From the NCBI GenBank assembly GCA_949290395.1, contig CASERQ010000002.1:130727-194726 (forward strand): 64,000 nt of DNA. Direction: 5' to 3'. Both the position numbers and the translations under genes were made by a program. Below the pieces are notes generated by a model. It was not told where the DNA came from and ran no database searches. It was given only the letters and a program-made list of their open reading frames with translations. This document shows, piece by piece, positions 10,435 to 22,087 of this stretch (position 1 is its first letter; each line of letters starts with the position of its first letter). The DNA is from an uncultured bacterium (lineage in GTDB: Bacteria; Bacillota_I; Bacilli_A; RFN20; CAG-826).

Positions 10435-12252
10435 ATGAAATACGACCAATCAAAAATCAGAAACTTTAGTGTAATTGCTCATATAGATCATGGAAAATCT
10501 ACTCTTTGTGATCGTATTTTGGAATTGACTGAAACTATTGAAAAAAGAGAGATGAAATCCCAAATCCTTGATGATATGGACCTTGAAAGAGAAAGAGGAA
10601 TTACAATCAAACTTAATGCTGTTACTGTTAATTACCATGCTAAGAATGGTGAAGATTATATTTTAAATTTAATCGACACTCCGGGGCACGTCGACTTTAC
10701 ATATGAAGTTAGTAGATCTTTAGCAGCATGTGAAGGAGCAGTACTTGTTATTGATTCAACTCAAGGAGTTGAAGCGCAAACTTTAGCTAATATGTATTTA
10801 GCAATTGATAACAATCTTGAAATTGTTCCAGTTTTAAACAAAATTGATCTTGCAAGTTCTAGAATTGAAGCTTGCAAAGAAGAAATTACTTCGCGAATTG
10901 GACTTGATGGAGAACATGCGATTCCTGTTAGTGCTAAAACTGGCGAAAATATAAAAGAAATTTTAGAAAGAATAGTTACCGATATTCCCGCACCAAGTGG
11001 TGATAATAACGCTCCATTAAAAGCGCTTATTTTTGATTCATATTACGATTCATATCGTGGTGTTGTTGTTTTAATTAGAGTAAAAGAAGGACAAGTTAAG
11101 GTTGGTGACACTATTAAATTAATGAGATCTGGAGCCGAATTTACCGTAACAGAACTAGGAATAAGAACTCCAAAAGAAGTCCAAAGTGACGCTTTATATT
11201 GTGGTGAAGTCGGCTATCTTTGTGCTCAAATTAAAGATATTAAAGAAGTTAGAGTAGGTGATACTATCACTTTGAAAGATAAACCAGCGTTATTGCCATT
11301 ACCTGGCTATAAAAAAATTAATCCAATGGTTTATTGTGGTATTTATCCTAGTGACTCGAAAAAATATGAAGATTTAAAAGAAGCCTTAGAAAAACTTTCT
11401 TTAAATGATGCATCACTTCGCTATGAACCTGAAACTTCGCAAGCTTTAGGTTTTGGCTTTAGATGTGGTTTTTTAGGCTTATTACACATGGATGTTATTC
11501 AAGAAAGGCTTGAAAGAGAATATGGATTAGACCTAATTTTAACCGCACCAAGTGTTATTTATAAGGTATTTTTAACAAATGGAGAATCTTTTGAACTATC
11601 AAATCCAAGCGAACTCCCTGATTTAACAACAATTGATCATTTAGAAGAACCATATGTTAAAGCAGAAATCATGATGCCAAAAGATTATATCGGTCCTGTA
11701 ATGCAATTATGTCAAGATAGAAGAGGTATTTATAAAAATCTTGAATATTTTGACGAAACAAGAATGATTTTAACCTATGAAATGCCTTTAAGTGAGATTA
11801 TTTTTAATTTCTTTGACAAACTAAAATCATTTACTAAAGGTTATGCAAGTTTAGATTATGAATTTGAAGAATATAAAGAGTCTAATTTAACTAAGATGGA
11901 TATCTTATTAAATGGTGATGTAATTGATGCTTTAAGTTCCATTGTTTATAAGCCATTTGCCTATCATAGAGGATTAAAAATTGTTTCTAAATTAAAAGAA
12001 GTAATCCCACGTCAACAATTTGAAATACCTGTTCAAGCAGCAATAAATGGCAAAATAATTGCAAGAGCCGATATTAAAGCTGTTAGAAAAGATGTTTTAG
12101 CAAAATGTTATGGTGGCGATATTACCAGAAAGAAGAAGTTGTTAGAGAAACAAAAAGAAGGTAAAAAGAGAATGAAATCAATAGGTTCTGTTGATGTACC
12201 TCAAGAAGCATTTATGTCAATTTTAAGCATAGATGATGAAGATGGTAATTAA
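10435..12252 (+). CDS. lepA: elongation factor 4
   Basis: [18 protein letters not shown] and [14 protein letters not shown] motifs. Confidence 0.99.
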   Translation: MKYDQSKIRNFSVIAHIDHGKSTLCDRILELTETIEKREMKSQILDDMDLERERGITIKLNAVTVNYHAKNGEDYILNLIDTPGHVDFTYEVSRSLAACEGAVLVIDSTQGVEAQTLANMYLAIDNNLEIVPVLNKIDLASSRIEACKEEITSRIGLDGEHAIPVSAKTGENIKEILERIVTDIPAPSGDNNAPLKALIFDSYYDSYRGVVVLIRVKEGQVKVGDTIKLMRSGAEFTVTELGIRTPKEVQSDALYCGEVGYLCAQIKDIKEVRVGDTITLKDKPALLPLPGYKKINPMVYCGIYPSDSKKYEDLKEALEKLSLNDASLRYEPETSQALGFGFRCGFLGLLHMDVIQERLEREYGLDLILTAPSVIYKVFLTNGESFELSNPSELPDLTTIDHLEEPYVKAEIMMPKDYIGPVMQLCQDRRGIYKNLEYFDETRMILTYEMPLSEIIFNFFDKLKSFTKGYASLDYEFEEYKESNLTKMDILLNGDVIDALSSIVYKPFAYHRGLKIVSKLKEVIPRQQFEIPVQAAINGKIIARADIKAVRKDVLAKCYGGDITRKKKLLEKQKEGKKRMKSIGSVDVPQEAFMSILSIDDEDGN

Positions 12253-12253
12253 C

Positions 12254-12297
12254 TGAGTAAATAATTAGTAGTGAACTAGTAGTTTTTTAGTAATATT
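12254..12297 (+). repeat. 11-bp phased TAGT array, 4 units
   Basis: TGAGTAAATAA TTAGTAGTGAA CTAGTAGTTTT TTAGTAATATT. Confidence 0.8.
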
Positions 12298-12357
12298 TCT
12301 TTCTATTTTAACGAAAAAGACCTATAATGTTTTTATAAATATTTGAAGGGTAAAATT

Positions 12358-13962
12358 ATGGCTAATCTTGATTACATAAAAAAATTTAGCAACGAAATTT
12401 ATGCAACTAAAAAAGATATAGAAATTGAGATGAAAACACCTCTTGTTGATGGAATTTGGACACAAGTTTTATCATATAGACGCGATTTTTATGAAACAAT
12501 TCCACTTGTTAATTATGATTCGAATAGATTTTCTATATGTTTAACACCTGTTATTTCTAAGAAAATTAATGCTTTTGAAAGAAAGTTAACAGGTCTTCTT
12601 AACGAATATTCAAAACTTCAAAGAAATTATGCAAATGAATATTTTAGACGTAAACAATATAAGAAAATTCTTAAATATATTGCTAAAAAATATCGTATAG
12701 ATACTCAAGATACTGTTTTAGATGGCATAATTGATGGAACGATTACCTACAATTTGCCAACCGATCAAATGATTTTACAAAGATATTATGCTTGTTTAGA
12801 TGATATCGAAAAAAATTATTTACAAGATATTACCGAAAATACCATTGGTAATTTCTATTCAAAATTAATGGGCACGGAAGATTTAACTTCCTATTACCGC
12901 AAAACTGATTCGAATAAATATAGTGGCTACAATATTGGCGGAGTTAAATTAGGTGCTGCTCCAAATAAAATTGAATCTTTGGTTAATCAACTCATTAAAT
13001 TTATCAACTATGATAACCAAAGTGTATTAGTTAAAGCAGTAGCAACCTTCTATTACATTTATTACATCAAGCCTTTTGAAAATTACAGCGAAGAAATCGC
13101 ATTATTAATGATGAAAAAGGTATTTGCATACAATGATTTTAACGAATTATCTGCACTTATTGCTTTCGAAGTCCTTTTAACAGATCGTGATTTACTCGAA
13201 AAGAAGATTGCGGATTGTCAAAAAACATATGATTTAACATACTTAGTCGCTCACGTTTTAAGTGTTATCAGCGAAGACTTAAATAAGTTAGATGATGAAA
13301 TTGTGGAATCACAAAATCACACAATAAGAAAAGAGTTGTATCAAGCTGATGAAGCAAAACAAGATAAACCTTTATATGAAGAACCTTCTTTAGCAGTTAA
13401 CGTTCCTAATCAAACTTTAGACAATGATAAAGTTCCTCTTACTGAAAGTGAAATGCATAACACCAGTTTCGAGAAACCTGTTGTTGAAGTAGAAGAAAAA
13501 GTTGAGAGCGTTGAAGAAGTTAAAGTTGAATCAGAAGAAAAACCAATTCTTGAAGAACCAAAAGTTGAAGAAAATCTCGATAAATATCGTAGTTCCGAAG
13601 AAATACAAGCTTATAAAGATTTAGTTAAACCAGTTCAACCTACAATACACGGAAGCGAAAAACTTAGTTTCTCTCAAAACATTGCAATTGCAAATGTTCC
13701 AACCGGTTTATCAGAAGAAGAAGCTTCAAAACTAGAATTACATTTAATGGAAATGAATCCAAGTTTATCTCATGGACAAGCTTATTTCTATGCAAGACAT
13801 TGTACAATCGGCATGTATTATACTGTCGATCAATATAAAAAATGTGTTGGGTGCGCTTACGAAACAGCCCGTACAAGCATGAACAACCTTGTTGTTCTTG
13901 GGTATTACAAAAAAGAAATTTTAAAGAAAAAATTTGTATATATACCAGTTAAAAGAAATTAG
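12358..13962 (+). CDS. Fic-like protein with degenerate active site, acidic linker and probable C-terminal winged HTH
   Basis: YYIKPFENYSEEIALL in place of HPFxDGNGR, preceded by Fic-like helices (APNKIESLVNQLIKF, LVKAVATFY). C-terminal CAYETARTSMNNLVVLGYYKK..KFVY resembles a wHTH. TATAAT at 12323-12328. Confidence 0.7.
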   Translation: MANLDYIKKFSNEIYATKKDIEIEMKTPLVDGIWTQVLSYRRDFYETIPLVNYDSNRFSICLTPVISKKINAFERKLTGLLNEYSKLQRNYANEYFRRKQYKKILKYIAKKYRIDTQDTVLDGIIDGTITYNLPTDQMILQRYYACLDDIEKNYLQDITENTIGNFYSKLMGTEDLTSYYRKTDSNKYSGYNIGGVKLGAAPNKIESLVNQLIKFINYDNQSVLVKAVATFYYIYYIKPFENYSEEIALLMMKKVFAYNDFNELSALIAFEVLLTDRDLLEKKIADCQKTYDLTYLVAHVLSVISEDLNKLDDEIVESQNHTIRKELYQADEAKQDKPLYEEPSLAVNVPNQTLDNDKVPLTESEMHNTSFEKPVVEVEEKVESVEEVKVESEEKPILEEPKVEENLDKYRSSEEIQAYKDLVKPVQPTIHGSEKLSFSQNIAIANVPTGLSEEEASKLELHLMEMNPSLSHGQAYFYARHCTIGMYYTVDQYKKCVGCAYETARTSMNNLVVLGYYKKEILKKKFVYIPVKRN

Positions 13963-13974
13963 GAGAAAATTGAT

Positions 13975-14229
13975 ATGGCATTTAGAGTTTTAGCAGAATG
14001 GTACAATGAACCTTGGGCAATTTTCATTTTCATTGTTTTAATATTCGGAATTTTAGCACTTTGTGTCTTCTTATTTTCTAAATTTGTTCTTAACAAGAAT
14101 AAAGTTGAAGAAAAACCAACTGAAGAAGAACTAACCAAAGAAACTTTAGATAGATATCTTGAAGAAGTTGATAGTCCTGAAACTCAAAAACAATTTGATG
14201 AATACGAAAAAGATAAAGAAAATAAGTAG
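13975..14229 (+). CDS. small single-pass membrane protein
   Basis: AGGAG SD, one hydrophobic helix and a charged tail. Confidence 0.7.
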   Translation: MAFRVLAEWYNEPWAIFIFIVLIFGILALCVFLFSKFVLNKNKVEEKPTEEELTKETLDRYLEEVDSPETQKQFDEYEKDKENK

Positions 14230-15307
14230 TCTTTATATACATATTCCTTTTTGTGATTCGATATGTCCTTATTGTGATTTTACAAAATTCATAAGTAAGG
14301 ACATTTTTAAGTCTAAATATATTGATGAATTACTAAAGGATTTAAGAAAGTTATATAAAAAGAATTATAGATTTAAAACCATCTATATTGGCGGCGGAAC
14401 ACCAACCTGCTTATCCTATCTTGACCTTAAAAGGTTACTTAGTTTTACTAAATTACTTTTAAATGAGAAAGATTATGAATTCACAATTGAAGCGAATCCT
14501 GAATCAATAGATGAAAGCAAATTAAGACTCTTTAAATCGTGTAAAATTAATCGAATTTCAATAGGAATTCAAACTTTTAATAAAAATCTTTTAAAAACCA
14601 TAAATAGAGATTACGGAATTGATTATTTTTCATTAATTAATTTAGTTAAAAAGTATATTAACAATATTAACGTTGATTTAATTTATGGATTACCAAATCA
14701 AACTAAAGAAGATTTAGAAAACGATTTAAAAAATATTATTAAGTTAGATATAAAACACGTTTCTACTTATAGTTTATCAATCAACTCAATGTCGATTTTT
14801 TATGTAAAAAAAGTAAAAGAAGTGAGTGAAGATGAATCACGATCTTTTTATGACTTAATATTGAAAACTTTAAGAGAAAACGGCTTTGAAAGATATGAAG
14901 TTAGTAATTTTGCTAAAAAAGGTTATGAAAGTAAACACAACACAACTTATTGGAAAGATGAAGAATATTTTGGTCTAGGTTGTGGAGCAAGTGGCTACAT
15001 TTATCCTTATAGATATAAGAACTCTTCATCCTTAACCTCATATTTAAAAGGAAAAAGAGAAGTCGAAAAAGAACTAGTAACAAAAGAAGATGATATTGAA
15101 TATTTTTTAATTTGCAATTTAAGACTAAAAGATGGATTTAAAATTGAAGATTTTAATAAAAAATTCAACATTGATTTTCTTAGAATATACGAAAATAAAA
15201 TTGAAAAATTCATAAAAAATAATAGATTAAACATTAAAAATGGCAGAATTTTTTGTTCAGATGAAGGCCTAATTACCTTAGATTTAATTTTGCGAGAATT
15301 CATTTAA
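14198..15307 (+). CDS. hemW: radical SAM heme chaperone HemW (HemN-like)
   Basis: LYIHIPFCDSICPYCDF, GGGTPT, YEVSNF and HNTTYW; upstream of hrcA. Start uncertain. Confidence 0.92.
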   Translation: MNTKKIKKISSLYIHIPFCDSICPYCDFTKFISKDIFKSKYIDELLKDLRKLYKKNYRFKTIYIGGGTPTCLSYLDLKRLLSFTKLLLNEKDYEFTIEANPESIDESKLRLFKSCKINRISIGIQTFNKNLLKTINRDYGIDYFSLINLVKKYINNINVDLIYGLPNQTKEDLENDLKNIIKLDIKHVSTYSLSINSMSIFYVKKVKEVSEDESRSFYDLILKTLRENGFERYEVSNFAKKGYESKHNTTYWKDEEYFGLGCGASGYIYPYRYKNSSSLTSYLKGKREVEKELVTKEDDIEYFLICNLRLKDGFKIEDFNKKFNIDFLRIYENKIEKFIKNNRLNIKNGRIFCSDEGLITLDLILREFI

Positions 15308-15312
15308 AATAA

Positions 15313-15339
15313 TTAGCACTTTTATATTGACACTGCTAA
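15313..15339 (+). promoter_or_regulatory. CIRCE 1, overlapping the sigmaA -35 (TTGACA 15327-15332; -10 TATAAT 15349-15354)
   Basis: TTAGCACTT-N9-CACTGCTAA versus consensus TTAGCACTC-N9-GAGTGCTAA. Confidence 0.85.
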
Positions 15340-15358
15340 ATTTCTCTATATAATTTAA

Positions 15359-15385
15359 GTAGCACTTAGGAAGGAAGAGTGCTAG
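15359..15385 (+). promoter_or_regulatory. CIRCE 2, in the hrcA leader
   Basis: GTAGCACTT-N9-GAGTGCTAG. Confidence 0.9.
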
Positions 15386-15395
15386 AAATTAAATT

Positions 15396-16448
15396 ATGTC
15401 ACTTACAAGAAGAGAGAAATTATTAAAACTAATTGTTGAAGATTTCGTTAAGACAGCAGAACCTGTTGGTTCTAACTATCTTATTAAAAAATATAATCTT
15501 CCTATTTCGAGTGCGACCATAAGAAACGAAATGAACGCTCTCGAAAAAGAAGGAATGCTTGAAAAAACACATACATCAAGTGGTAGAGTTCCTTCAACAC
15601 TTGGCTACGAGTATTACATCAAAAATCTTAGAAACAATAAGATTGATGAAAAGATGAAAAACGAACTCAATAGAGTATTTGCTAACACAAGTTCGGTTGA
15701 AGAAATTTTAAGAGAAAGTTGTGAAATTCTCTCTCACATGACTAATCTAGCAAGTGTTGTTCTTGGACCAAGTGCAAGTGAAGAGCATTTGATTTCAATA
15801 CATCTTATTCCTCTTTCTGAAAATTCATTCACTGCGATATTTGTTACAGATAGAGGCTATGTTGAAAATAAGACGTTTACAACAAATTCTCAATATAAGA
15901 TTGCTGATCTTAAAAAGTGTATTGAAGTATTAAATGATCGTCTTAAAGGTACTCAAATTAGTGCCTTATGCGATAAATTAGAGAGCTTAAAGCCAATATT
16001 GTCAGACTATATGAGTGATTATGCTTACTTATATAACGTTCTCATTAAAACATTCGCAGACATCGCTGCAAATAGAAGTGGGGCTATATATGGTAAAGAA
16101 AATTTACTCAAACAACCTGAATTTAAAGATGATGCTAATGAACTTAAAAAGTTGTTCGATCTCTTCGAGAATCCAAGTGATCTTGAAAAGATTATGAATG
16201 AAGCACAAAATCGTTTCTTGCTTAATGTAGGTACGGTTGAAGAAAAATATAGTGACGTTAGCGTTGTTTCTAAAGAAATCGCTGTTGATGGCGAAAAAGT
16301 TGGAAAAATTGCTGTTATTGGTCCAACTAGAATGGATTATTCAAAAGTATTTAATAGTTTAGATTATATTGTCGATAGAATTATGGAGTGTTTATCACAT
16401 GAAGATATTCAAGAAGAAGAAGGAGGGAATGATGGAAGAGAGCAATAA
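15396..16448 (+). CDS. hrcA: heat-inducible repressor HrcA
   Basis: SSATIRNEM, HTSSGRVPS and IGPTRMDY motifs. Confidence 0.98.
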   Translation: MSLTRREKLLKLIVEDFVKTAEPVGSNYLIKKYNLPISSATIRNEMNALEKEGMLEKTHTSSGRVPSTLGYEYYIKNLRNNKIDEKMKNELNRVFANTSSVEEILRESCEILSHMTNLASVVLGPSASEEHLISIHLIPLSENSFTAIFVTDRGYVENKTFTTNSQYKIADLKKCIEVLNDRLKGTQISALCDKLESLKPILSDYMSDYAYLYNVLIKTFADIAANRSGAIYGKENLLKQPEFKDDANELKKLFDLFENPSDLEKIMNEAQNRFLLNVGTVEEKYSDVSVVSKEIAVDGEKVGKIAVIGPTRMDYSKVFNSLDYIVDRIMECLSHEDIQEEEGGNDGREQ

Positions 16449-17022
16449 ATCCCCTGAACAAGAAGTAAAAGAAGAAAAGAAAAAAGAGGAAAAAGTTGAT
16501 AAAAAAGAAGATTTACTAAAAAAAGCAGAAGCTGACTGTGAACATTGGAAAAACGAGTATTACAAAGCTTATGCAGATATGGCAAATCTAAGAAAAGAAA
16601 TAGATAAAGATCACCGCGAAGCCATCAAATATCGTCTTGAAGGCTTCATTGATAAAATTGTTGGCTTACTTGATGCCTTCGATATGGCTTTCAAAAATGA
16701 ACCAACAACAACTGAAATGAAAAATTATCTCACTGGATTCCAATACATTCATAAAACTTTATTAAACGTGCTTAATGAAGAGGGTGTTGAAACTTTAGAA
16801 CCAAAAATTGGAACTAAATTCGACGCCGCTACCATGCAAGCCGTTGAAGTTGTAGATGATGAAGGTGAAGAGAATTTAGTTAAAGAAGTTACTTTAAAAG
16901 GATATAAGTTACATGATCATTTAATTAGAGCAGCTATGGTTGTTGTAACAAAACATCCAAGTAAAGAAGTTAAAGAAACTTCAGAAGAAAACAAAGAAGA
17001 CAAAGAGGAATTAAAAGCCTAA
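16432..17022 (+). CDS. grpE: nucleotide exchange factor GrpE
   Basis: ADMANLRK and KGYKLHDHLIRAAMVVV. GGAGG SD before ATG 16432 (alternative ATG 16429). Confidence 0.95.
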   Translation: MEESNKSPEQEVKEEKKKEEKVDKKEDLLKKAEADCEHWKNEYYKAYADMANLRKEIDKDHREAIKYRLEGFIDKIVGLLDAFDMAFKNEPTTTEMKNYLTGFQYIHKTLLNVLNEEGVETLEPKIGTKFDAATMQAVEVVDDEGEENLVKEVTLKGYKLHDHLIRAAMVVVTKHPSKEVKETSEENKEDKEELKA

Positions 17023-17032
17023 GGAGGTATAA

Positions 17033-18886
<1,854 letters not shown>

Positions 18887-18908
18887 AATCTAAATTTATT
18901 CGAAAAAT

Positions 18909-18934
18909 AGGGAAGTTGTAAGCGACTTCCCTTT
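18909..18934 (+). terminator. hairpin/terminator between dnaK and dnaJ
   Basis: AGGGAAGTTG-TAAG-CGACTTCCCT followed by a short T run. Confidence 0.7.
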
Positions 18935-18956
18935 ACTAGCTTAAAGAGGTATAGAA

Positions 18957-20123
18957 ATGGCAGCTTCAAAACGAGATTATTATGATGTTCTTGGCGTAGC
19001 TAAAACTGCAACCCAAGACGAAATTAAAAAAGCATATAGACAACTCGCCAAAAAATACCACCCAGATAACAAAGAAACCGGTGATGCTGAGAAATTTAAA
19101 GAATGTACAGAAGCTTTTAGTGTTTTAAATGACGAGCAAAAGAGAAGAACTTATGATCAATTCGGTCATGCTGCATTTGATCAAACAGCTGGTGGTTCAA
19201 ACCCATTTAGTGGAAGTGGTTTTGAAGGTTTTAATTTCAATGGTGGTTCATTTGACGATTTAAATGATATTTTAAATAAGATGTTTGGCGGATTTGGAGG
19301 AGGATTCGGTGGTGGATTCTCATCTAGATCTTCTAATAGAACTGGCCCAAGAAGAGGCGATGATACAATGATGCGTATCCGTATTAATTTTATGGATGCG
19401 ATTAACGGCAAAACCGTTACTATTCCACTTACTTATGAAGAAAAATGTAGTGCATGTAACGGAACAGGTGCACTTCATGGTACAGAATATACAACATGTC
19501 CAACATGTAAAGGTAGAGGAAGAGTTTTAACTCAACAACGAAGTATTTTTGGCATTATTCAACAAGAAACTGTCTGTCCAGATTGTCATGGAAGCGGTAA
19601 AAAGATTAAAACTGCTTGCACAGAATGTGGTGGTGTTGGTTATAAAAAGGTTAAAACCGAAATTGATGTAAAAATTCCTGCTGGTATTCAATCTGGTCAA
19701 CAAATTAGAGTCCAAGGAAAAGGCGAAAGAGGGGCAAATGGTGGCGACAACGGCGATTTATATATCGAAGTAGTTGTTGCTAAACATGATTATTTCACAA
19801 GAGATGGAAATGATATCCATATTAACGTTCCACTCGATTTTGTAGATGCATGTCTAGGTTGCACAATCACTGTTCCAACTGTATACGGCGAAGCAGAACT
19901 TAAAGTAAATGCTGGAACACAACCAAATGACATTTTAACTTTAAAAGGGAAAGGTGTTAAAGATTTAAGAGGAAATGGCGTTGGTAATGAATACGTTCAT
20001 ATCAACTTAAAGACACCAACATATTTAAACAAAGATCAAAAGAAAGCTTTAGAAGACTTTAAACATGCTACAAAGCAAGGCGATACTTTCTTTGATAAGT
20101 TTAAAAGAGCATTTAAAAAATAG
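18957..20123 (+). CDS. dnaJ: chaperone DnaJ
   Basis: HPD J-domain, G/F-rich region and four CxxCxGxG motifs. Confidence 0.99.
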   Translation: MAASKRDYYDVLGVAKTATQDEIKKAYRQLAKKYHPDNKETGDAEKFKECTEAFSVLNDEQKRRTYDQFGHAAFDQTAGGSNPFSGSGFEGFNFNGGSFDDLNDILNKMFGGFGGGFGGGFSSRSSNRTGPRRGDDTMMRIRINFMDAINGKTVTIPLTYEEKCSACNGTGALHGTEYTTCPTCKGRGRVLTQQRSIFGIIQQETVCPDCHGSGKKIKTACTECGGVGYKKVKTEIDVKIPAGIQSGQQIRVQGKGERGANGGDNGDLYIEVVVAKHDYFTRDGNDIHINVPLDFVDACLGCTITVPTVYGEAELKVNAGTQPNDILTLKGKGVKDLRGNGVGNEYVHINLKTPTYLNKDQKKALEDFKHATKQGDTFFDKFKRAFKK

Positions 20124-20164
20124 TTTTTAAAGTTTATACTTATAACACGAAAAGGGGTAGTTTT

Positions 20165-20611
20165 ATGCCAAAGTGTAAATTCTGTGGAGAAAACATAACT
20201 AAATTTGACAAAGAAATTTGCCCTTTTTGTGGCGGCAAAAAACCACTTGAAGGGAATGATACTTTTACTTCAGATATAACGCAAACTATTAATACAGTCG
20301 ACAAAGTGAAAGTAAATAAATTCAAGGAACGTAAAAAGCTTGTTAATGCTTTACTATGTATGTTTCTTGGCATTTTTGGTGCTGATAGTATATATTTAGG
20401 GAAAATTAAGTTAGGAATTAGTAGATTATTAGTAAGTGCTATTTATATTTCAGCCTTGTTTTGCTTGCTTTATTTTATGCCAACAGGTCTTAATCTAGGG
20501 TTTTGTTTATTAATTAGCATAGGATCTATTTTCTTAGTTTATTTTGCTATTGGTATTTCTTATTTATTTGTCGATGGTAAAAAAGACGTTAATGGAGTGT
20601 ATCTAAGATAA
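20165..20611 (+). CDS. zinc-ribbon plus TM2-domain membrane protein
   Basis: CKFC..CPFC, then ALLCMFLGIFGADSIYLGKIKLG (TM2-like). Confidence 0.8.
   Translation: MPKCKFCGENITKFDKEICPFCGGKKPLEGNDTFTSDITQTINTVDKVKVNKFKERKKLVNALLCMFLGIFGADSIYLGKIKLGISRLLVSAIYISALFCLLYFMPTGLNLGFCLLISIGSIFLVYFAIGISYLFVDGKKDVNGVYLR
20385..20439 (+). repeat. 11-bp phased TAGT array, 5 units, inside the TM2 gene
   Basis: ATAGTATATAT TTAGGGAAAAT TAAGTTAGGAA TTAGTAGATTA TTAGTAAGTGC. Confidence 0.6.
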
Positions 20612-21324
20612 TGCAAAGATATTTTGCTACTTTGGATAAAAATAAAAATATCGTCATAAATGATGACGATATTTTTCATATTTTAAAAGTCATGAGAATG
20701 CGTGAAGGTGATCAATTTGAAATCAATGTAGATGGTGATTTAAAACTCGCTGAGCTCACATCTAGAGAGCATTTTTCATTTAAAATTATAAAAGAATATA
20801 ATGAAAATCATGAATTGAACGGGTACGTACGTTTACTTTATTGCATTCCGAAAGGCGAAAAACTTGATCTTGTTATTCAAAAAGCAGTTGAACTAGGTTG
20901 TAACGAGATTGTTTTAATAAACAGCGAAAGATCCATCGCAAAAATCACTAAGGAAAACAAAGACAAGAAGATTTTACGTTTTAATAAAATTATCAAAGAA
21001 GCAAGCGAACAATCTAAAAGAACAAAATTATGTAAATTAACTGACATAATTAAATTCGATGAAATTAAGAATTATTCTGCTGATTTTTCTTTAATTGCTT
21101 ATGAAAATACTGAATTTACATCAAATGACTTAATAAACCTTTTACCTCCTTTAAATGGCAAAACTATAAATGTTTTAGTTGGTGCAGAAGGCGGAATTTC
21201 AAAAAGCGAATTAGAAATTGCTTTAGAATCTAATTACAAAGAAATTTCATTAGGTAAACGTATATTAAGAAGTGAAACTGCTTGTTTTTATATTCTTTCT
21301 ATTTTATCTTTATATTTAGATTGA
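20611..21324 (+). CDS. rsmE: 16S rRNA m3U1498 methyltransferase
   Basis: MQRYF, HILKVMR, QKAVELG, EASEQS and LGKRILRSETA motifs. Confidence 0.96.
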   Translation: MQRYFATLDKNKNIVINDDDIFHILKVMRMREGDQFEINVDGDLKLAELTSREHFSFKIIKEYNENHELNGYVRLLYCIPKGEKLDLVIQKAVELGCNEIVLINSERSIAKITKENKDKKILRFNKIIKEASEQSKRTKLCKLTDIIKFDEIKNYSADFSLIAYENTEFTSNDLINLLPPLNGKTINVLVGAEGGISKSELEIALESNYKEISLGKRILRSETACFYILSILSLYLD

Positions 21325-21325
21325 T

Positions 21326-22087
21326 ATGGGTAATATTTATAACATTTTAAAGAAAAATAGATCCAAAAAAGGATTATCAAATTGTTCAGAAATGGTCTTT
21401 TTTAAGAATTTTAGAGGAATTCTTAAAATGAATCCTATTTTTTCTAAGTATTTAGAAATCGATAACGATTTTGATATATTAAAAGCCAATATCATAATAA
21501 AAGCGATTATTAATAAAGAAGAACTAGATAACGCAATAAATGATATGTACATTGCTAATGCTAATCTCTCTTTGGATTCTATTAAAGATGATATAAGAGA
21601 AAAAATTAGTGATTTACCTTATATTTCTTACGATAATTTTAAAATTTATATCCCATTTTTTAATAAAGCTACAAATATAGTTTACTCAAACGATAGTGAA
21701 AAAATGTTTCAATATCCTTATATTGAATTATTTAAAAAGTTTGAATCATTTATTGTTGATCCTTTTGAAACTTACAATATAGAGTTATTCAGTTCTTTAT
21801 TCACGCAGCTTGTAAAAATATCTGAATCACCTACAGCAGTTGCTTTTTATCATTATGAGTTCAATGCGATTTTTATTATAAATAAGCAAGGTTCTTTGGA
21901 TAATATCATTTATCTTTTTGATAAATATATGAAAAACCCACATAAATACGACATTATCGAAAAAGTTAGACCTCTTGTTCAAGCTTATTTCGATAACGAT
22001 TTAAGTCTTTTTATATATACTCTCTATAAAAATGATTTAGTAAGTTATTATGTTTTTAGAAAGATTTGTAAACAATATCAAATATGA
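21326..22087 (+). CDS. hypothetical protein
   Basis: 253-aa ORF tightly coupled between rsmE and mtaB; no family recognised. Confidence 0.75.
   Translation: MGNIYNILKKNRSKKGLSNCSEMVFFKNFRGILKMNPIFSKYLEIDNDFDILKANIIIKAIINKEELDNAINDMYIANANLSLDSIKDDIREKISDLPYISYDNFKIYIPFFNKATNIVYSNDSEKMFQYPYIELFKKFESFIVDPFETYNIELFSSLFTQLVKISESPTAVAFYHYEFNAIFIINKQGSLDNIIYLFDKYMKNPHKYDIIEKVRPLVQAYFDNDLSLFIYTLYKNDLVSYYVFRKICKQYQI

Noticed and set aside
13470..13575. GTTGAA-rich repeats in the Fic-like gene
   Set aside because: Explained by a Val/Glu/Lys low-complexity protein linker.
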